A stretch of DNA of 57,960 nucleotides. Origin: a virus (taxonomy: Duplodnaviria; Caudoviricetes). The stretch spans positions 1 through 57,960 of the IMG/VR virus record IMGVR_UViG_3300031454_000004; one strand, written 5' to 3'. The notes beneath the pieces were generated by a model that ran no database searches, had not been told where the DNA came from, and was given only the letters and a program-made list of their open reading frames with translations. Positions 56,446-57,960 of the stretch are shown one piece after another. The translations under genes and the position numbers were made by a program. The first letter of the stretch is position 1. Each line of letters opens with the position of its first letter.

Positions 56446-56769
56446 ATGAACTTAATCAGTAGCCATGCTTTCAACCCTAAGCCTAAACCCCGAAAAACAG
56501 ATGCCGCAGCAGATGCTGAGCTGGCTAACGCTAATGGCAAAAAGTTGTTGGAGGGTGCGCCGGGTGCGTACAATAAGGATGCTATGAAGCGAGTGATTGA
56601 TTATAGAAATCATCCTGCGCAAGGCGGTAAGTTAAACGACTGGTGGAACTGGTGGAAAAGGAATGTAGAGAGTAAAGAACTGTCAGAATTTTTAAAACCT
56701 TTTGAAAATAACACCCCCCAAACAAAGATTGATCATGTCGTAATTACGAGGCACACAAATCACTACTAA
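56446..56769 (+). CDS. Hypothetical protein whose 3' end derives from a duplication
   Basis: TPQTKIDHVV matches TPKTKIDHAV of the upstream gene. Confidence 0.45.
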   Translation: MNLISSHAFNPKPKPRKTDAAADAELANANGKKLLEGAPGAYNKDAMKRVIDYRNHPAQGGKLNDWWNWWKRNVESKELSEFLKPFENNTPQTKIDHVVITRHTNHY

Positions 56770-56792
56770 ACGAGTGGTGGACGGAGTATTTT

Positions 56793-56828
56793 GAAAGATC
56801 AGTGGTTCGAATCCACTCCCCGCCACTA
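56793..56828 (+). tRNA. tRNA 3' half only (Met-like); not a complete tRNA
   Basis: AGTGG-TTCGAAT-CCACT T-arm, CCCCGCC acceptor strand, A discriminator, CTA; no 5' half. Confidence 0.6.
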
Positions 56829-56847
56829 AAAAACTAAAAACGTTGCC

Positions 56848-57075
56848 ATGACAGTAACCCTTCACAACACAACAAAACTTGTAGAATGCGATGGCGTGCT
56901 AACGCGCATCTGGGAAGGTGAGACAGATAGCGGCATTAAAGTTCACGCCTTCATCACCCGCGTCGCCATTGCCAAAGGCGACGATGCAGCCGCCGCACAG
57001 TTTAGAAAAGAGCTTAAGGAAACAAGGCGGCCATCCGAAGCAATACAGCCAATACCATTAAGATTGATCCTTTAA
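56848..57075 (+). CDS. Small hypothetical protein
   Basis: RIWEGETDSGI.VH.FI.RVA. Confidence 0.6.
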   Translation: MTVTLHNTTKLVECDGVLTRIWEGETDSGIKVHAFITRVAIAKGDDAAAAQFRKELKETRRPSEAIQPIPLRLIL

Positions 57076-57084
57076 ATACCGCTC

Positions 57085-57369
57085 ATGGAGAAATATATAA
57101 CCAGCAAAACCCGTGTTTACAACTGCGGCAACTGCCATAAAGTGCTCGATGCAGTTACCGGCAAGGCAATACCAAAACAGGGAGATATTTCCGTATGCAT
57201 CAACTGCGGAGAAATTACAGAGTTCGATAACGACCTCACCATGAAGCCTGTAATCACCCCACGGATGCAAACCCTACAATCCGATCATCCTAACATATAT
57301 AAAAGCATAATGCTGCTTTCAAACAACCTTAAACGCGGCTTCGCACGCAAGCAGGTTTTAAACAATTAA
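57085..57369 (+). CDS. Zinc-ribbon protein
   Basis: CGNC...CINC. Confidence 0.65.
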   Translation: MEKYITSKTRVYNCGNCHKVLDAVTGKAIPKQGDISVCINCGEITEFDNDLTMKPVITPRMQTLQSDHPNIYKSIMLLSNNLKRGFARKQVLNN

Positions 57370-57379
57370 GAGTGGCTAT

Positions 57380-57913
57380 ATGAAAACATGTAAGAAGTGT
57401 AACCAGGAGAAAGACGAAAGTTGCTTTTATAAGCGAGTTGGAAACATCGATGGACTGCGGCATAAATGTAAAGATTGCTTAAGCAAGGAAGACAAGCAAC
57501 GGTATGAAAATAACAGGGAAAAAAAGCTTATAAAAAGCAGGTTATGGCGAAAAAATAATCCAGGAAAATGCGCTATAAATAAAAAACGGTATTTGAATAA
57601 AAAGCCGAAAAAAGTAATGGAATACAGGAAGAAATGGCGAAAAAATAATGCAGAAAAATTATCAAATCAAAACAAGATATATCGTAAAGCAAATCGCGAA
57701 AAAAATCTGGCTGCAAAAAGGAAATCTGGAAGTAAATCTAGAGAAACGTTGAGTGATTTTTATATAAAAACAGCTTTAGCCGCACAATTGGGACTTAAAA
57801 ATGTAAAAGTTAGCTTATTACCCTTATTCCCTACAGAGCTGATAGAATTGAAACGAACAACATTATTAATTAAAAGAGAAATAAAAAATGGAAGCACCCA
57901 AACCAACCTTTGA
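57380..57913 (+). CDS. Basic Zn-finger protein resembling the N-terminus of phage homing endonucleases, with no nuclease motif
   Basis: KTCKKC..EK....F...CKDC followed by WRKNN repeats. Confidence 0.6.
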   Translation: MKTCKKCNQEKDESCFYKRVGNIDGLRHKCKDCLSKEDKQRYENNREKKLIKSRLWRKNNPGKCAINKKRYLNKKPKKVMEYRKKWRKNNAEKLSNQNKIYRKANREKNLAAKRKSGSKSRETLSDFYIKTALAAQLGLKNVKVSLLPLFPTELIELKRTTLLIKREIKNGSTQTNL

Positions 57914-57960
57914 AGTTATTGATTACGAAAGCCTAAATAAGTTTTTGCTTGGCACCTTGT

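Larger units (their letters stand above)
18942..57960 (+). mobile_element. Tailed (siphovirus-like) prophage: morphogenesis, lysis, immunity and early regions
   Basis: S49 protease, capsid, tail tube, TP901-type tape measure, portal, muramidase, terminase, antirepressor, KilA-N protein and a divergent repressor/Cro-like pair. Confidence 0.9.

Noticed and set aside
1-57960. Integrase, transposase, replicase or A32-like packaging ATPase
   Set aside because: No catalytic motifs were recognised; the only Walker A/B pair found is in the terminase. Element boundaries therefore cannot be fixed from this window.

Overview
The window is entirely viral or proviral DNA, most likely from a Bacteroidota host. 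This is inferred from A-rich translation starts without Shine-Dalgarno sequences, TAnnTTTG -7 promoter boxes and signal peptides ending in A-Q. It has three parts. (1) About 0.5-18.8 kb: a co-directional structural module that does not look like a tailed phage. It encodes many membrane-anchored proteins, a Cys-His-Asp transglutaminase-like protease, a very basic core-like protein, small beta-rich capsid candidates, an annexin-like protein, two muramidases and two large signal-peptide-bearing beta-helix spikes. Many of its proteins carry a [VIL]-[SA]-G-[IVLT]-G motif at domain boundaries, which matches the adenovirus protease cleavage consensus. (2) About 18.9-50.4 kb: a siphovirus-like morphogenesis region with S49 protease, major capsid, tail tube, tape measure, portal, lysis genes, tail tip and terminase. 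It has seven copies of a fixed-spacing late-promoter candidate, and accessory genes sit between inverted heptamer (ATGAATT/AATTCAT) arrays. (3) About 51-58 kb: lysogenic cargo, a repressor/Cro-like switch and early genes running off the window. No integrase, replicase or non-terminase packaging ATPase is recognisable. All product calls come from reading motifs; no database search was run.
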